From positions 1-28,235 of the IMG/VR virus record IMGVR_UViG_3300044971_001687: a stretch of 28,235 nucleotides of DNA, one strand, 5' to 3'. Numbering within the stretch: the first letter of the stretch is position 1; every line of letters starts with the position of its first letter. The notes under the pieces are model-generated. The model did not search any database. It saw nothing but the letters and a program-made list of their open reading frames with translations, and was not told the origin of the DNA. The stretch comes from a virus (taxonomy: Duplodnaviria > Caudoviricetes). The translations under genes and the position numbers were made by a program. Below, piece after piece: positions 24,323-28,235 of the stretch.

Positions 24323-27300
24323 TTAGAAATATGTTACAACTTCAACTGCTGCACCTCCACCGCCTCCCCCTGCCCCGCCAGTAAATGCGTATGCAAGCGT
24401 TTGACCAGATACTGTTTGCAGCGCGTTTTGGTCTAGTGTTATTTGATTATTTGCGCTATCTACAGACACTATTCTAGCATATGACATTGCAGACCTGCTG
24501 CCTGATGCAGTAGGGAATATGATTTCATCTTTGGGGCTTGTGTAATAGAACGGCTTACTTGTTACAGTTGCGGTAGCAACAGAACTTAGCGTTATTGATG
24601 TCGAGCCTGATGATGCTGTAAAAGCGTTTTGTATCCTACTGCTAACTCCTTCACCCAAAACCGAAACTGAATTAAATAATGCATTTGGCATTGGATTTGT
24701 TAATGTGGCCGTCGTTGACCCAGCAGTTGTAGACCAAGTGTTTTCCGCAGAAACAATAGACACCATCATCCCGACATAAAGCGGGGTTGTATCGGAGACG
24801 GTAACAATGTTTGACCCCAATGTTGTGCTTGCTCCCGCAACGAAACCAATGCAGTTCATTGCATAAAGTGTTAGACCAGATGCTGTTGCCGATGCGGTTG
24901 TTGACAGCGTGAATGCCGTTGCCGAAGACACCCCGTCAACGTGCCTGTATCCGACATCCGTTGTGGCTGGGGTGATTCCATTACTCGCCCAAAGAGCTTG
25001 CCCCCATGTCATTCCAAGCGTTGACGTTACTGTAGCCGAGGTTGAATTGTTAGTTGTAGCAAACCCGCTAATTGTTCCGACTCCAGCCACAACCAGCTTT
25101 CCTGCGGTTTCGCTTCCAGTTGCCGCTACGCTAATGGTGAACTGCGTTTCGCTAACAAGCGATGCAACCGTTGTGCCTGCTGGAATGTTTGCGTTGTTGA
25201 AGATTGTTAGGCCCACAAGAACGCCTCTTGTAGACGTGCAGTCAACTGTTGTGCTACCAGATGTGAGATTGACTCCAGTGATTAGAATTGGAGTACTTGC
25301 TTGCGCGGAGCCACCTCCGCCGCCTCCCCCTCCATATCCGCAAGTTGCCAGTGCTGTTTGACCGCTTGTTGTCGCATTTGCGTTTGCCGAAACTACAAAT
25401 GTGGTTGAATTTGTAATTGATGCAACGTATAGAAGCCTGTTTGTTGGATTTGCAAATCCAGATGAGGGAATGATTGCCATTCCTACATTTAGTCCGGTAG
25501 TTGAAGCGCAAGTTACCGTTGACGATCCGCTTGTTGTTGCAACGCTTGTTAGATTCACTGGAGGAAACCAGCCTCCTCCATCCCCTGCGCTTCCTCCTAA
25601 GCAAAGAGTATTTGCAACAGACATTCCACAAGCTCCACCAGATGATTGGTTGTCTCCAAAACTTCCAGTTCCTTGCATTGGCGAAGTAGGAAGTGGCGAT
25701 GTGAAGTTTGTTGTTGTGGATGGTTGTGTCGTAAGAGGCGGCGTGGAAAGCGACCCAAATCCAAAAACAGAATTTACAGTTCCAGCTCCAGCCCCAGTAT
25801 TTAATCCTCCAATTCCCCCTGATGAGCCTCTTCCCGAAGCTGTTGGCAAACCGCCTGGCGTTGCTCCTGCATTTGAATCAAACCCCACACTTGCTCCTCC
25901 TGTTGTTGCTGAATTAAAAAATGCAATATTACCTAGATTAGCACCTGTAGAATTTCTAATAAACGCGCCAAAAAGTGCTGTAGATGCGGCTGTTCCTTGA
26001 GTCACACCCCAAAAATTGCAAAGATACCCTGGATAATATTTTGGAGCAACAGTTGAAATTGTTACAGATACTGTGCTTGGAAGTTCGCTTGCAGCAAATT
26101 GCGACTTCATTACTTGTCCAGATGCACCTCCTGATCCGCCTTGCGCTAAAGCTGAAGTAGGCGTAACAACACGCCTTATTCCAGGCCCGCCTGAGCCGCC
26201 GCCGCCAATAAGCGTGACTTGAATGTACTTCGCCCCTGCTGGCTTCGTCCACGTCCCGCTGGAGGTGAAAACCTGCCTGTCAACGGGAGTACCGCCACCT
26301 CCACCTCCTGCCGTAATCCATGAAGTGTTCGCACCGTCCGTCGATAGCACCTTGCCGCTGTTACTGGCTTGCGAGGGAAGCAAGGCGTTGAGTGCTGCAT
26401 TTGCCGTGGTCTGCCCTGTGCCGCCATTTGCTACGCCCAACGTCCCTGCGAGCGTCACCGCTCCGGTCGTGCCTGTTGCTGGCGTAAGCCCAGTGGTTCC
26501 TGCGGAGAATGAGGATACACCTGCAACCCCACCGCCGCTTGCCGTTGTCTGAATAGTGCCATCACCGAACTTGATGCCGCTCGTGTCCACGGACAAGGCA
26601 ACCGCTGCGTCTGGCGTAACACCAACGCCAACACGTCCGCTTGCACTGATTGTAAACGGAGTGGTGTCTGGGTTTGAGTCTTCAACAAGCAACGAAGGGC
26701 CAGCACCAAGATTCGTAATCCGCACTGCCGCCGCCGTGGAGGACGTGTTTGGCAAATCTACCGTCAAGGCTCCGTTGGGGTTTCCAGCGTTCTGTGTAAT
26801 TGCCAGTGCAACGGGAGTGGTGGTTCCCGTAGGTGTTACAGCTTGATTTGTGGTGAAGTTGTTTGGCTCCGCTGTAGCGGCGACCGTGTTTACGGTTGCG
26901 CTTGAGCCTTTGTACCTGATCAGGTTATTGCGAATCCAAACATCCCCATTAGCAGAAGTAGTTGGATCAGTATTTGCAGACCCAAGATTCAATGGAGCTG
27001 ATGCTGCCGTAACCGCAGGGAGCGTGAGTTTGCCCGTCATCGTATCCCCCGTCTTCAGCACCGTCGTGCCGCCTTCAGTCACCTTGCCTGTGGTCGCTCC
27101 AAAGTCCGCTGCAATTGTTCCAGTGCTTGTGATTGTGCCGCCTGTTAGCCCTGTGCCTGCTGTGACGCTGGTGACTGTTCCACCTCCACCACCACCTCCC
27201 CCTGCGGTCGTTTGAATCGTGCCGTCTCCAAATTTAATCCCCGTAGTATCCACCGACAACGCAACTGATGCGTCTGGAGTCACCCCGATGCCAACGCGCC

Positions 27301-27880
27301 CATTGTTCGCCACAGCAAACCGAGTGCTATCCGGTGTTGTCTCGTCGTTGACAACCAAGCTGTTTCCAGAGCCGAGGTTTGTGATGACAACGGCATCGCT
27401 TGTCGCCGTAGCGGTGTTCGCGATTGATGCTGCCGTGCCTGTTCCACTGTTGTTTACCGTCAATGCAGTCCCCGCTCCAACGCCGATTGTCTGCGGTTGG
27501 TTAAAGGTGTTTGATAGGGATGTAGCTGCAACTGCACGGGAAGTTGGCCCTGTTGAGTCTCGATAGCTGAGAGCACCTTGGTTTGAAATCCAGATATCAC
27601 CATCCGAAAGTGTAGTTGGTGAACTGCCAACAGTTCTTGATCCAACGCTCAGTTTTGCAATCGTATTGTCAGCAGCAGCAGTGAGTTTGCCGGTCATCGT
27701 GCCGCCAGAAGTTTGCACCGCTCCCGTGATGCGCGAGTCGTTACCTGCGGCTACTGTGCCTGCGGTCGTTCCCGTGTTCTTGGTTGCAGAATCGCCAAGA
27801 CTCAATCTCGTCCGCATTTCAGCCTGATCAGCAGACTGCATGAACGTGTCAATCGAATTGGATACTGTGATGTCAGGCAT
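24323..27880 (-). CDS. Long mosaic fibre / receptor-binding protein with glycine-rich domain, 1185 aa
   Basis: T/G/S/A-rich; AAGNDSRI, TMTGKL, GVANGGTG.TT, FTSSGTWTKP.GAK...V..IGGGG motifs; internal repeats. Confidence 0.85.
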   Translation of the reverse strand: MPDITVSNSIDTFMQSADQAEMRTRLSLGDSATKNTGTTAGTVAAGNDSRITGAVQTSGGTMTGKLTAAADNTIAKLSVGSRTVGSSPTTLSDGDIWISNQGALSYRDSTGPTSRAVAATSLSNTFNQPQTIGVGAGTALTVNNSGTGTAASIANTATATSDAVVITNLGSGNSLVVNDETTPDSTRFAVANNGRVGIGVTPDASVALSVDTTGIKFGDGTIQTTAGGGGGGGGTVTSVTAGTGLTGGTITSTGTIAADFGATTGKVTEGGTTVLKTGDTMTGKLTLPAVTAASAPLNLGSANTDPTTSANGDVWIRNNLIRYKGSSATVNTVAATAEPNNFTTNQAVTPTGTTTPVALAITQNAGNPNGALTVDLPNTSSTAAAVRITNLGAGPSLLVEDSNPDTTPFTISASGRVGVGVTPDAAVALSVDTSGIKFGDGTIQTTASGGGVAGVSSFSAGTTGLTPATGTTGAVTLAGTLGVANGGTGQTTANAALNALLPSQASNSGKVLSTDGANTSWITAGGGGGGTPVDRQVFTSSGTWTKPAGAKYIQVTLIGGGGSGGPGIRRVVTPTSALAQGGSGGASGQVMKSQFAASELPSTVSVTISTVAPKYYPGYLCNFWGVTQGTAASTALFGAFIRNSTGANLGNIAFFNSATTGGASVGFDSNAGATPGGLPTASGRGSSGGIGGLNTGAGAGTVNSVFGFGSLSTPPLTTQPSTTTNFTSPLPTSPMQGTGSFGDNQSSGGACGMSVANTLCLGGSAGDGGGWFPPVNLTSVATTSGSSTVTCASTTGLNVGMAIIPSSGFANPTNRLLYVASITNSTTFVVSANANATTSGQTALATCGYGGGGGGGGSAQASTPILITGVNLTSGSTTVDCTSTRGVLVGLTIFNNANIPAGTTVASLVSETQFTISVAATGSETAGKLVVAGVGTISGFATTNNSTSATVTSTLGMTWGQALWASNGITPATTDVGYRHVDGVSSATAFTLSTTASATASGLTLYAMNCIGFVAGASTTLGSNIVTVSDTTPLYVGMMVSIVSAENTWSTTAGSTTATLTNPMPNALFNSVSVLGEGVSSRIQNAFTASSGSTSITLSSVATATVTSKPFYYTSPKDEIIFPTASGSRSAMSYARIVSVDSANNQITLDQNALQTVSGQTLAYAFTGGAGGGGGGAAVEVVTYF

Positions 27881-27885
27881 ATGCT

Positions 27886-28047
27886 TTAGGGTCTAACGTA
27901 TTTATCGCCGGTTACCGGCTGTAGGTAGTACCCGCCGCCGACTGCTACGGGACGGATGTAGTAAAAAGCTGTTGGAGGCGGCACCGGCGTTACGCCAGAA
28001 ACCGCCGCAGGTATTTTTGACCGTCTTCTGGAGAGATACCGAATCAC
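27886..28047 (-). CDS. Hypothetical protein, 53 aa (not in ORF track)
   Basis: Hand translation (GTG start) MIRYLSRRRSKIPAAVSGVTPVPPPTAFYYIRPVAVGGGYYLQPVTGDKYVRP; GTGA-coupled, stops 6 nt before the fibre start. Confidence 0.65.
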   Translation of the reverse strand: MIRYLSRRRSKIPAAVSGVTPVPPPTAFYYIRPVAVGGGYYLQPVTGDKYVRP

Positions 28048-28235
28048 AGGCCAGCGCCAGAAATGATGTGAACCGTCGTTGTGCTGGCAGAAGAGAGCAA
28101 CGCAATCACGTTGTCATCCTCGAACTTGCCAAGGGACACTTGGCTACCGGGCATGATGATGTAGTCTGCGGCAGTTGCCGTAATCGTGCCTTGCCCAACG
28201 CGAACGTAAGCGGCATTTGTCGCACCGGTGTTCGT
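28044..28235 (-). CDS. C-terminal part of a small beta-rich virion protein (truncated by window edge)
   Basis: Open frame TNTGATNAAYVRVGQGTITATAADYIIMPGSQVSLGK...VHIISGAGL-stop. Confidence 0.7.
   Translation of the reverse strand, partial: TNTGATNAAYVRVGQGTITATAADYIIMPGSQVSLGKFEDDNVIALLSSASTTTVHIISGAGL

Larger units (their letters stand above)
1..28235 (-). mobile_element. Tailed phage genome fragment (P22-like podovirus tail module plus primase-helicase replication module)
   Basis: Dense, mostly co-oriented genes with phage hallmarks throughout (gp10-like tail protein, fibres, holin/endolysin, RusA, HNH, Mom); no bacterial housekeeping genes. Confidence 0.95.

Noticed and set aside
24909-27566. 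Series of plus-strand Val/Pro/Ala-rich ORFs
   Set aside because: Antisense shadows of the Thr/Gly-rich fibre gene; the same applies to plus-strand ORFs opposite the helicases and ejection genes
24323-27880. Diversity-generating retroelement or invertible fibre cassette
   Set aside because: Repeat copies differ at all base types, not only adenines; no reverse transcriptase, invertase or inverted fibre segments seen

Overview
The whole window is a fragment of a tailed dsDNA phage genome, transcribed almost entirely on the minus strand. In transcription order (right to left) it holds: (i) a P22-like podovirus tail/ejection module with a 1185-aa fibre, gp10-like DNA-stabilisation protein, a cupin, three ejection proteins and a fibre with a tailspike head-binding domain; (ii) a holin/endolysin cassette; (iii) a divergent control region with a Cro-like HTH gene; (iv) a recombination/replication module (Sak4-like AAA_24 ATPase, DUF669-like SSB, SF2 helicase, Cas4-like nuclease, AEP primase-RecA-fold helicase, RusA) with an origin-like non-coding region; (v) small accessory genes and a Mom-family DNA-modification gene. 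I saw no integrase, DNA polymerase, tRNA or CRISPR array. The most striking observation is an intact NUMOD4-HNH endonuclease nested in the +1 frame inside a DUF3310 gene whose own frame stays open through it, with no visible intron or intein. Also notable are a shared C-terminal P-x-W-[LM] tail on four proteins of the DNA-metabolism region, degenerate direct repeats bracketing the mom gene, and repeated RBS/stop-start junctions linking small gene cassettes. All family assignments come from motif recognition by eye; no database searches were run.
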